The notes below the pieces were generated by a model that made no database searches, was not told the origin of the DNA, and worked only from the letters and a program-made list of their open reading frames with translations. Shown piece after piece: positions 37,661-48,728 of a stretch of 64,000 bases of DNA. A program made the translations under genes and the position numbers. This DNA comes from Candidatus Multivoradales bacterium. GTDB lineage: Bacteria; Acidobacteriota; Thermoanaerobaculia; Multivoradales; Multivoraceae. The stretch is from positions 1,024,001 to 1,088,000 of the forward strand of contig CBDCWI010000001.1 of the NCBI GenBank assembly GCA_965223325.1. The letters run 5' to 3'. Each line of letters begins with the position of its first letter. The first letter of the stretch is position 1.

Positions 37661-39910
37661 TTAGTGCGCGGCGAAGCGAATCCCGAGCCCGAACGTTCGA
37701 CCGGGTGCCGCGAGAGCACGATCGTCACTCGAGCTCCACCAGGTCTCGTCGAGCAGGTTCGCACCCCACAGTCGGAGCGCCAGACGCTGGCTCAGCTGCC
37801 GCTCCCAGGTGAGATCGAGCAGCCAGGCGTCTGGAATCGCCTGTTCGCCCGAGGCCACTTCGTCCGCCGTGCGCTCGGCGCGATAGCGCAAAACGACGCT
37901 CGTCGAACCGCTCGCCGCGCGTCGCCTCAAGCCGGCTTGCACGCGCCAGGGAGGCAGGTCTGCCAGGTTCAGGCCGTTCTGCGCTTCGCCCTCGATCCAG
38001 TGGCCGCTCGCTTCGAGTTGCAGATCGTTCCCCAGCGTGGCCAGCAGATCGAGCTCTGCGCCACGTAGCTCACCCTCGACGAGGTTGACAAAGGTGCGCA
38101 GCTCCGGCGTGGTATCGATGCGCTCGATGAAATCATCGATCGTGGTTTGCCAGACATAGCCGGTCGTCACCACGCGCCGACCGGAGTGTTTGAAGCCTGC
38201 TTCGAGCTCGAGCGACCGCTCGGGCCGAAGATTGGGGTTCCCGATCACCTGACCGCGCCCGGTCGTGCCGGTGAAGAAGCGTTCGCTCAGGGTGGGTGAG
38301 CGAAAGCCCGTTCCGGCACTCGCTTTGAGCACCAGCCCTCTCGCGACCTCGACGGAGGCGCCGAGGAAACCGCTCAGGGCCTCACGTTGATCGCTGGTGG
38401 CGGCCGGTATCGAACCAGCAACCACCGCACTCGAGGGTTCGTTCGACTGGCGAATCGCAGTGGCTCGCAAGCCCGTCTCGAGGCGCCAATGCGAGAACGC
38501 GCCATCGACCAGAACGAAACTCCCGATTTCGTCAGACGCTCCGTGACGGAGGGTCTGGGTGGAGGGACCGAGGCGCATGCCGCTCGAGTCATCGAGGGTG
38601 CTTTCGACCGCTTCGACGCCCCGGCGAGCGGACCACTCACCACCGAAGAGAACCTGCCAGTCGCCCTCTCCACGGTGCGAAAACGTACGGGAGTGTTCGA
38701 AGCCGAGCCCTGCATCATGGGTCTGGTTCTCGACCCGGTCGACCGCGGACCGATCGAGCGTTCGTACTTCGGTCACCAGATCCGACGGGTGCCACCAGGC
38801 GCGAGCGGTCGTATGGTCACGAAAAGCTATCGACCCCCGCAGCAGAAGATGGCGCTCACGCGGGTAGATCGTCGTGCGCTCCGGAACGTCCGAGGCAGGC
38901 TTTCCGATGTTGCGCCCGACGGAGGGTACGGCCAGCAGCCGGAAGCGCCGGCGGTCGTTGACGTGACTCCACTCGACGGTGCTCGAGATCTGCTCGAAGC
39001 GATCGAAACGGCGGATGCCGTCGGCAGTTTGGCGATCGGAGCTAGCCCGTCGCGCGACACCCAACGACAGATTCCGCGACCCCCAACCGGCGGTCAACGC
39101 GTGCAGGTCACCCTCGCTTTCGAGTGCCGCTTCGAGTCGCAGACGGTCGAACACCTTCGGCGCTTGAAAGAGGACTCCCCCGATAGCACCCGAGCCGTAG
39201 TGCGTCGACGCCGGACCACGGAAGACGTCGAGCTGCCCAGTCAGGTTCGGATCGAGAAACGACCCCGAGACACCAGCCCGACGCTCGCTCGAAAGCGGCA
39301 CGCCGGCGAGGAGTGTCAACACACGATGGCGTGAGACTCCACGAATTGAAACCACCCCGAAGAGCCCACCTTGCCCGTTCTCGGATACCCCCGGTGCCCG
39401 AGTGGCCAACTCCGCCAGGTTGGCTGCCGGTGCGACCAGTGCTTCCCGCGGCCGCAGAGCGGTAACCGCGATACTCACCGGAGCGACTGAGCGCCCCGGC
39501 CGTTCAGCAAACACCACCAACTCCTCGTCGAGCGCCGCGACAGCCAGACGCACGAGCCCGTCGTCCGCAGCGACTGCCTCTAACTCGGCGCGGGTGAGTA
39601 CGCGGTTCTCGAAAGTCGGATGTTCGACGAGCAACGCAGCCTCACCTGACGCGAGCTCGAGGTCGACGCGACCGTCGTTCGCAATCGCAAACCGCCGCCC
39701 GGTTGGCAGCACTTCGACCACCGCCCCGGCGACCGGTCGTTCGAGCGAATCCACCAATCGGAAGGCGACCGCTTCACTCGAGCCACCTGGTTCCTGAGCG
39801 ACAAGCGCGCCGGTGTTGACCGTGACGATCAAGAGGATCGCTGCGATGCCAGAGCCGATCAGAGACGCGGGGAGAAACTCTCGCCTGAAGCGAGCGCGCG
39901 ATGCACTCAC
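37661..39910 (-). CDS. TonB-dependent receptor
   Basis: GTG start overlapping the kinase stop (GTGA); signal peptide; carboxypeptidase-regulatory-like N-domain, plug (VSIRG, RGPASTHYGSGAIGG), GFRSPTL.ER, NPNLRPE, ANLLDE, PGRTF. Confidence 0.92.
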   Translation of the reverse strand: MSASRARFRREFLPASLIGSGIAAILLIVTVNTGALVAQEPGGSSEAVAFRLVDSLERPVAGAVVEVLPTGRRFAIANDGRVDLELASGEAALLVEHPTFENRVLTRAELEAVAADDGLVRLAVAALDEELVVFAERPGRSVAPVSIAVTALRPREALVAPAANLAELATRAPGVSENGQGGLFGVVSIRGVSRHRVLTLLAGVPLSSERRAGVSGSFLDPNLTGQLDVFRGPASTHYGSGAIGGVLFQAPKVFDRLRLEAALESEGDLHALTAGWGSRNLSLGVARRASSDRQTADGIRRFDRFEQISSTVEWSHVNDRRRFRLLAVPSVGRNIGKPASDVPERTTIYPRERHLLLRGSIAFRDHTTARAWWHPSDLVTEVRTLDRSAVDRVENQTHDAGLGFEHSRTFSHRGEGDWQVLFGGEWSARRGVEAVESTLDDSSGMRLGPSTQTLRHGASDEIGSFVLVDGAFSHWRLETGLRATAIRQSNEPSSAVVAGSIPAATSDQREALSGFLGASVEVARGLVLKASAGTGFRSPTLSERFFTGTTGRGQVIGNPNLRPERSLELEAGFKHSGRRVVTTGYVWQTTIDDFIERIDTTPELRTFVNLVEGELRGAELDLLATLGNDLQLEASGHWIEGEAQNGLNLADLPPWRVQAGLRRRAASGSTSVVLRYRAERTADEVASGEQAIPDAWLLDLTWERQLSQRLALRLWGANLLDETWWSSSDDRALAAPGRTFGLGIRFAAH

Positions 39911-42900
39911 TGTGTCCCAGCCTCGTGGGCAACCGGGGCGAGCCCAAAGCCGGCCTCGGGCGGCCGCGGGGTGCCCCGCCACCAGCGCGCACCCTGGGAC
40001 GTCCCGGCAACCAGGACGTGGCCGTCGCGGCTGAACCGCGCCGTGCTTACAGTGGTGTCCTCGGGTGGACGGAGTGTGAGGAGTGCCTCGACCCGTGCCG
40101 TGCTCCATACTTTGAGACTGGGCCCGGCGATCGTCACCAGGCGGGTCCCGTCGTGGTTGAGAGACAAGAGGGGCCCACCGAAGTCGCCACGCAGGACCTC
40201 TCCGGTCTCGAGATCGATCAGGACCCCGCCGACCGATGTCCCTGCGGCCAGAAAACGGCCGTCCTCGGAAATGTCGAGCACCTCGACGGGTCGTTCCAGG
40301 CCGGTCTCGAGGGTCCTGCTCGGTGCGTCGGCGTCGAGCTCGAAGAGCAGTACGCTGCCATCCGCGAGACCCGCGGCATAGAACGCATCGCCCGGACCGA
40401 AGAGGAGCGACGTCGTCGCCGGCCCGGTATTCAAGGTGCCAGCCGGCGTCATGCTCTCGGTGCTCCACAGGCGCAACGCGCCATCGCGAGACGCCGTGGC
40501 GAGCAGTGGCGATGTGCGTGCAAAGCGCAAAGCGGTGATGTCCTGTTCGTGTGCAACCAGCGGTTCCTGCGTGCGGCCAAGGGCGGTAGTCCAGAACAAT
40601 ACTCTTCCACGCCAGGTGGTGTTGTCGGTTGCCACCATGCCGGCTGAGCGATCGGCACCGATGGTCGCCGCCAGCAATCGACCGTCGGCACGCATGGTGA
40701 GATGCCGCACACCGGGTGCCGGAACTTTCCACGACGTCTGTAGCTGACCGTTCTTGGCCTGGTAGACGACCACCCGTTGATCGACCGTAGCAGCGGCAAT
40801 CCACTGTCCCTCCGGGTCCAGGGCCAGCTGCGTCACGCCGGCCAGTCGACCGAGGGAGCGGTCGGCACCGAGCGCACCGGCCTCCCAGACCGTCACTTCG
40901 CGCGCCGACGCCGCAAACAAGCGGCCGTCCAGGTCACTGGCCATCGAGATCAGCGGCACCGAGGACGGCGATGGGCCAGGCAGGCTGGTCAGGTGGAGGC
41001 GCGAGGTGGTCTCTCCGACATGCATGACGCCATCTTCGCCGATCGAGAGGGTCGTCGCGCCGTTCTCTCCAAACGCCACGCCGGCGACCGGTCCGCGGTG
41101 CGAGGTCAGCGAGCCGAGCAGGTCGAAACCACTCGCCCGCCAAAGCTTGACCGTGCCATCAACGGCTCCGGTGAGAATCAGGGTACCGGTGGGGTCGACC
41201 GCCAGAGCGCTGACCCGGGCCTCATGCCCCTGGTGCTCCAGGCGCCGGCCGTCGGACAAACGCCAGATGGCGACCACACCACTCCAACCACCGGCGGCGA
41301 GGAAGCGCCCGTCGGGAAAGAAGTCGAGCGGTCGGCCGGCGCGGCCGGGAGCTTCGAAGAATCCGCGCGCGGCGCGTTCGAACTCGAGGCTCATCTGCTC
41401 TCGACCCTCGGCGTCGAAAACCCGAATCGGCGCCCCGCCGCGATCATCGAACGCCAGATCCGCCGCCACCGGGTAGGTGGCCAACAACCTGCCGTCGGTG
41501 CTCCAAGTCGCGTGTTCGATCGCCCGCTCGCCGGTTCCGAGGGCCACCGCCGAGCCGCTACGGGTGGTCGGCAGAAGCGTGACCCCGCCGCCGCCCCGCA
41601 GGAGCTGGCGGGCGCGGGCCCGGCGCGTGTCGGCGACCGGCACCGGCCACAGCGCGACCGCGGTTCGATGGCCGTCCGGTGAAACCGCCAGCGGGTAGTT
41701 CTCGAACCCCTCACGTGCACCGTCGATCGGTAGGGCCCGTTCGACGGCCAGCGACTCGAGGTCGAGAAGCTCGTAGGTATCGGCTGAAAGCACGCGCAGG
41801 AAGCGTTGGTCAGGCGAAACGCTCAGGTTCTTGATTTGACCGCTTGCCAATCGAGCTCGCCGGGCGCTCGAGTCGTAGACCAGGGCGAGATGACGCCATT
41901 CCCAGCCGCGTCGGTCTTCGGGGCTGCGCTCGAGCTGCTCTCGCGCGTCGGGCCATTCCCTGAAGCGCAGGGCGGTGTCGGCTGACTTGAGGTTGGCGAC
42001 GTAGCTCTGCCACTCGGCCTCGGTGCGCTGCGTCTCGGCTTCGCTGCGCGCGCGCTGTTCGCGCAGCAAAAGACTCGTCGAGGCGACCGCGGAGCCCAAG
42101 AGCGAAGCCGCCACCACAGCACCAGCGATTACCGCGACGCGGTAGCGCCGGGTCATCTTCCACAGCCGATAGGTCATGCTCGGTGGACCCGCGAGGACCG
42201 GCTCGTCTTTGAGATGACGCAGAACATCGGCGCGCAGCTCGGCCGCCGAAGCGAACCGGCGCGCCGGATCCTTCTCGAGCGCCCGCATGGTGATCCAGTC
42301 GAGCTCACCGCGAACCCGCCGCACCAGGTGCGCCGGATCGGTGCCGCGACTCGCCGCAACCTCATGGGCTTCTTCATCTTCGAGGAGCTCGTAGCGCGCA
42401 CTGGGGCGCTGCGGCTCGCGCTCGCGCAGGGTGCGCAGCATGTCGTCCAGCGACCGTTTACGCAGGTCCTCGCCGTCGAACGGCAGGACACCAACCAACA
42501 GTTCGTAGAGCAGGACTCCGAGCGAGTAGATGTCCGTGCGTGTGTCGACGGCACCTGCACCACCGCCGGCCTGCTCGGGGCTCATGTATTCGGGAGTGCC
42601 GATGACCAACCCCATCTGCGTCTGCAGGGTCTGATCCGTCAACCGACGATCCATTGCCTTGGCGACGCCGAAGTCGATGACTTTGACCTGCGGTCGGCCA
42701 CCCTGGTCGGTGACCAGCAGGTTCGAGGGTTTGAGGTCTCGATGGATGATGCCTTTCTGGTGGGCGTGCTGGATCGCATCGCAGGCGTCCATGAAGAGAT
42801 CGAGACGAGCCGTGATTCCCAGACGACGGCGATTGGCGTACTCGCTGATCGGCTGCCCGTCGACGTACTCCATGACGAAGTACGGCCGCCCGTCGTCAGT

Positions 42901-43314
42901 GACACCAGCGTCCAGCACGCGCGCGACACCCGGGTGCGTCAAGACAGCCAGCGCCTGGCGTTCGATCTCGAAGCGGGCAATGACCTCGCGCGTGTCCATG
43001 CCGAGCTTGATGACCTTGAGCGCAACCCGACGACGCACCGGCTCCTTCTGCTCCGCCAGGTAGACCATGCCCATGCCACCTTCGCCGAGCACGCGCAGAA
43101 TCTTGTAGCGCCCGATCGCCTCCGGAAGCTCGACCGGCAGTGCGCCGAAGACGTCGAGGTCGGTACTGTCGGCCTCGTCCAGGCCGACCGCCAGGAAACA
43201 GGCCGGACAGGGGTCACCGCGCTTGATCGCCTCGGCGGTGCGCACCGCTCCGCAGGTCGGACACGGCACACCGTCTCCTTGGCCGTCTGAGACTGTTTTG
43301 GCAGGTTCCATCAA
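39907..43314 (-). CDS. Membrane Ser/Thr kinase with N-terminal Cys motif and C-terminal WD40 repeats
   Basis: CPTC..CPAC, LGEGGMGMVY, HRDLKPSN, DFG, GTPEYMSPE, TM after RRYR, RRGWEW, GH...KLW repeats. Confidence 0.95.
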   Translation of the reverse strand: MMEPAKTVSDGQGDGVPCPTCGAVRTAEAIKRGDPCPACFLAVGLDEADSTDLDVFGALPVELPEAIGRYKILRVLGEGGMGMVYLAEQKEPVRRRVALKVIKLGMDTREVIARFEIERQALAVLTHPGVARVLDAGVTDDGRPYFVMEYVDGQPISEYANRRRLGITARLDLFMDACDAIQHAHQKGIIHRDLKPSNLLVTDQGGRPQVKVIDFGVAKAMDRRLTDQTLQTQMGLVIGTPEYMSPEQAGGGAGAVDTRTDIYSLGVLLYELLVGVLPFDGEDLRKRSLDDMLRTLREREPQRPSARYELLEDEEAHEVAASRGTDPAHLVRRVRGELDWITMRALEKDPARRFASAAELRADVLRHLKDEPVLAGPPSMTYRLWKMTRRYRVAVIAGAVVAASLLGSAVASTSLLLREQRARSEAETQRTEAEWQSYVANLKSADTALRFREWPDAREQLERSPEDRRGWEWRHLALVYDSSARRARLASGQIKNLSVSPDQRFLRVLSADTYELLDLESLAVERALPIDGAREGFENYPLAVSPDGHRTAVALWPVPVADTRRARARQLLRGGGGVTLLPTTRSGSAVALGTGERAIEHATWSTDGRLLATYPVAADLAFDDRGGAPIRVFDAEGREQMSLEFERAARGFFEAPGRAGRPLDFFPDGRFLAAGGWSGVVAIWRLSDGRRLEHQGHEARVSALAVDPTGTLILTGAVDGTVKLWRASGFDLLGSLTSHRGPVAGVAFGENGATTLSIGEDGVMHVGETTSRLHLTSLPGPSPSSVPLISMASDLDGRLFAASAREVTVWEAGALGADRSLGRLAGVTQLALDPEGQWIAAATVDQRVVVYQAKNGQLQTSWKVPAPGVRHLTMRADGRLLAATIGADRSAGMVATDNTTWRGRVLFWTTALGRTQEPLVAHEQDITALRFARTSPLLATASRDGALRLWSTESMTPAGTLNTGPATTSLLFGPGDAFYAAGLADGSVLLFELDADAPSRTLETGLERPVEVLDISEDGRFLAAGTSVGGVLIDLETGEVLRGDFGGPLLSLNHDGTRLVTIAGPSLKVWSTARVEALLTLRPPEDTTVSTARFSRDGHVLVAGTSQGARWWRGTPRPPEAGFGLAPVAHEAGTQ

Positions 43315-43350
43315 AGGACCAGGCTGTGGCGCGCGGGCAACCGAGGCTTG

Positions 43351-44061
43351 CTAGCTCGAGAGGATACCGATGAGGTGCTTGAGCTCTCCGTCGACGTCAC
43401 CATCGTCGGCGACGGTTTCGGCGACCTCGGCGCGCAGTTCTTTTCCGAAGCGCTTGCGGAGCCGATGCACCGCGACCCGCAGAGCACCCTCGGTCTGGCC
43501 AGTGGTCAGAGCGAGCTCGGCATAGGGAACCGCATCACCGCCGCTCACCAGGTAGGGGCCCAACTGTTCGAACAGCTGTGAGCGGCCCGACTTCTTGGCC
43601 TCGAGGCGCAACCGGTCGAGCGCCCGGTCGAGAACCAGGAGCGCCCAGCGGCGCTCGTACTCCTTCTCCGGCGAGCGGTCGCTGGTGGGCTCATGGCGGT
43701 AGCGGTTCTCGGCCTGTTCTGCATCGAGCGAGACGGCACGCATGTGGCCGCCGCGCTTTAGTGCCTGGCTCTTTTCGTACTCGTGCGCGAGGTAGTACTT
43801 GAGAGTCGCCAGGAGAAACGTCCTGAAGCGTCCCGCCTCGGGCTCGAACTTCTTGACCAGCTTCTTTTCGAGAAAGCCTGCAAAGAACCCCTGAATCGTG
43901 TCCTCGGCCTTCTCGGGTGCCATTCCGCGTCGACGCACGAAAGCGTAGAGGGGGTACCAGTAGTTCTGGCACAACGTATTGAGCGCGTCGTAGGCTTCGT
44001 CTTCGTTCTCACTGCCGGCGGTGAGAATGAGGCTCCAGCGGGTCGTCGCGAATCGACTCAT
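43351..44061 (-). CDS. ECF sigma factor of the kinase-associated type
   Basis: FATTRWSLI, LCQNYWYPLYAFVRR, AEDTIQGFF, GRFRTFL, region-4 HTH (YAELA...ALRVAVHRLRKR); directly upstream of the kinase. Confidence 0.92.
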   Translation of the reverse strand: MSRFATTRWSLILTAGSENEDEAYDALNTLCQNYWYPLYAFVRRRGMAPEKAEDTIQGFFAGFLEKKLVKKFEPEAGRFRTFLLATLKYYLAHEYEKSQALKRGGHMRAVSLDAEQAENRYRHEPTSDRSPEKEYERRWALLVLDRALDRLRLEAKKSGRSQLFEQLGPYLVSGGDAVPYAELALTTGQTEGALRVAVHRLRKRFGKELRAEVAETVADDGDVDGELKHLIGILSS

Positions 44062-44266
44062 GGGTGGCGTCGTCCGAAGGTTTCTAAGGGGGGCGCTTTC
44101 GACCGAAAACGAAAAGAAGGGCACCGAGTGAGAGGAACCCGCAGGCGCGCGGGGCTACGGGCTATTCTACAATTAACTCGTAATCAAGAGAAATCTAGCC
44201 AATGTGCTCTATCGTCATCGCCCCATGAAGGCCGTGGCCGGGGCCCCCAGACTCCCCCATGCCGCT

Positions 44267-44293
44267 TGAAACCCGGTGCCTCCAGCCCTCGTA
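44267..44293 (+). promoter_or_regulatory. ECF-type promoter
   Basis: TGAAAC-N17-CGTA, ~70 bp upstream of the small membrane protein gene. Confidence 0.6.
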
Positions 44294-44360
44294 GGTCTCA
44301 CCAGGTACAGCAACGCCCCGCGGCCTCTGACCCCACACCTTCTCTGCGGAGATCCCGAGA

Positions 44361-44636
44361 ATGTTCGAACTGCTGGCTCTCGTCTTCCTGGCCTTTATCG
44401 CCATCAGCATCCTCTCGGTGGTGATCGGGCTCTTGAAAGTCGCCTTCAAAGTCGTCGTACTGCCGATCAAACTGGTCGTAGGCGTCGCCGGCGCAGTGAT
44501 AGGCCTGGTTGTCTTTCTCCCGCTGGCCCTGGTCGCCGTCCCGGTGGTGGCGGTGGGCGTCGTAGTCCTCCTGCCGCTCCTTCTCTTGACGGGCATTGCC
44601 TGCGTCGCCTGGAAGACCCTGGTCTTTATCTTCTAG
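44361..44636 (+). CDS. Small hydrophobic membrane protein (91 aa)
   Basis: GGAGA RBS, almost entirely hydrophobic, GC-biased third positions. Confidence 0.8.
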   Translation: MFELLALVFLAFIAISILSVVIGLLKVAFKVVVLPIKLVVGVAGAVIGLVVFLPLALVAVPVVAVGVVVLLPLLLLTGIACVAWKTLVFIF

Positions 44637-44662
44637 CCCGGGTCCCGCCGGGTGCGCTCTCT

Positions 44663-46330
44663 CTAGTGCCAGGCCTCTCTGCCACCACTCTCGAAGGAGT
44701 CACAGAACAGGCAGCTGCATCCGCCTGGCTGGCATACCTCGTCGGCTCCGATATCGAACCCAGCACCCTGCGGACGCCCGTCGCCGTCATAGTCACGGCC
44801 CACGCCGAGCCCACCGACTCCACGGTCGACCGCGCAGGTGTCCAACGCGTGCAGTCGCAAGGTCTCCTCATTCTGGAAGCTCGGCGAACAGACTCTCGAT
44901 TCGACATCCTGGCCGAACGCAGAGCGCCAGTCACCGATGGTGTTCTCATCCGGCCAGTAGACCCTGAGGCCGGGCGCGATGGCGTTCGAGTCTGAACGAA
45001 AATCGCGCGGCCGCTGGTTACCCCAGCCTCCGAGGGTCAAGCTGTAGAGCGCATCGAGGTCCGAGAAGATGTTGTTGCGCACATCGACGCCGCGCAATGT
45101 CTTGGTGAACCCTCCGTTCTCGCACCGATCGAGCCGAAGCCCCCAGCGCCCACCATCGAAGGTGTTGTGGGTGATTTCGATGTCGTTGTGGAACTCATGC
45201 GGGTGACCAGAGGCCAGCCGAATCGCTCCCCCCTGGCGACGTCCGGTGCGATCGGAAAAGACGTTGTTCTGCACTCTGAGGTTGCGGACCTCGATGTTGG
45301 CGCCGGTCTCCCCCGAAGGTCCGCTGCAGTCGCTGACCATCAGGTGAGGCTCCCAGGGGTTGCACACCTTGTTTCCACTCTCCATGAGATTGCTTTCGAC
45401 CAGGTGGTTGGCATTGTCGCGCGTGCCAAACGACTCATTGGTGGCGAACAAAACCGACACGACGCAGTCCGAAAAGCGATTGCGCGCTATGACACCGTCC
45501 TGTGCGTCGTTGGTGAACGCCACGGCAAACTGCACCGCACAGCCGTCGCTGTTGGGCTCGCGGCCGTTGCCATCGCAGCGGAACTCGTTGTCGGTCACCT
45601 CGAGGCGGTCGAGGGCTGGACCCCAGGCTTTGATGCCGACACTGTCGATCTCGATCGAGTTGAACCGCACCTTGATGTCCGGCCCGTCGAAATAGCGCAT
45701 GACGTAACCGCCGATGTCCTCGATGGTGTTGTGCTCGATGAGCATGCGCGGCGCACCCGAAGGACTGACCGCAATGATCTCGCCGCTGTCCTCCCAGTCA
45801 CACCCCACCGCCAGACGGCGGAGGTGGTTGTGATGAATCCACCAGTCGGCACCACCGGCTCCGTAGGGAATCTCGATAAAGCGGGCCGAACCTTTCGAGC
45901 ACCCGACGTCGGGCGCGAAGTCTTCGATGGTCAACCACGAGATCTCAACGTTGTCGGGCTTCGGCGCCCGACTCGAGGAGATCGCGTGCGACAATCGATT
46001 GCGACCGTCGAGGGTGAACACCTCATCGTCGAGACGGCCATCGCCATCGCTGTCCCAGGCGCTGATCTTGTTGCGCTGGGAGGCGCTTGGGCCACCGTTC
46101 TCGATGGTGACTTCCTCGGAGAAAACGCCCCGGCCAAGGCAGTGAACCCAGCGGGCGCCACTCCACAGATCGACGCAGGCCTGCAGCGTCGCCAGCGGCT
46201 GAGCGAGGGTACCCGGGTTCTGGTCGCTCCCGGCAGAAGCGTCGATGTAGACGGCATCCTGCGCTTCGAGATTCGCCGCGGCGAGAAACGCCAGGAGAAG
46301 AATCAGCAGACAACCGGTCGCAGGTCGCAT
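44663..46330 (-). CDS. Secreted right-handed parallel beta-helix protein with choice-of-anchor-Q-like end and FESG tail
   Basis: Signal peptide, GSDQNPGTLAQPLATLQ, I.HN/V..N repeats, DYDGDGRPQG.GFDIGADE, LFCDSFESGGREAWH. Confidence 0.85.
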   Translation of the reverse strand: MRPATGCLLILLLAFLAAANLEAQDAVYIDASAGSDQNPGTLAQPLATLQACVDLWSGARWVHCLGRGVFSEEVTIENGGPSASQRNKISAWDSDGDGRLDDEVFTLDGRNRLSHAISSSRAPKPDNVEISWLTIEDFAPDVGCSKGSARFIEIPYGAGGADWWIHHNHLRRLAVGCDWEDSGEIIAVSPSGAPRMLIEHNTIEDIGGYVMRYFDGPDIKVRFNSIEIDSVGIKAWGPALDRLEVTDNEFRCDGNGREPNSDGCAVQFAVAFTNDAQDGVIARNRFSDCVVSVLFATNESFGTRDNANHLVESNLMESGNKVCNPWEPHLMVSDCSGPSGETGANIEVRNLRVQNNVFSDRTGRRQGGAIRLASGHPHEFHNDIEITHNTFDGGRWGLRLDRCENGGFTKTLRGVDVRNNIFSDLDALYSLTLGGWGNQRPRDFRSDSNAIAPGLRVYWPDENTIGDWRSAFGQDVESRVCSPSFQNEETLRLHALDTCAVDRGVGGLGVGRDYDGDGRPQGAGFDIGADEVCQPGGCSCLFCDSFESGGREAWH

Positions 46331-46466
46331 TGCGACTCCTTGGAACAGAACAGCAGAGAAAGAAGGTCGTTGAGTGCCCTTTCAAGGCCACCGCGGCGGA
46401 ACCCACGGCAGCGAGCCTCAAACCATCGTCACTTTAGCATATCGCTATTTAACTGTGCGCTCTGGC

Positions 46467-48479
<2,013 letters not shown>

Positions 48480-48728
48480 GGCCGCGACTCTACCGGTAGC
48501 TGTGCCCGCGCGTCCTCTTGCCGCATGAAGTGCCACTTCGCAGGCCACTCCTCGCTGCTACTCCTGCTAGTCTGGCGCCGCCCCTCTCGACCCGTTCGCC
48601 ACCACGCTCGACCCGCCTTGACCAGCGGGGGAACGCCGTTCGTCGGCCTCCCGCCCCCGAGGGCTGAGGGGAACAGAACCGCCATCCCCCGTGGCAAACG
48701 AGTACCGACTGCCCTGGAAGCTTCAACC

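Noticed and set aside
39911-40804. N-terminal ~300 aa of the 1047-aa ORF 37661..40804
   Set aside because: Out-of-frame overlap with the kinase; the receptor starts at GTG 39910 with a signal peptide
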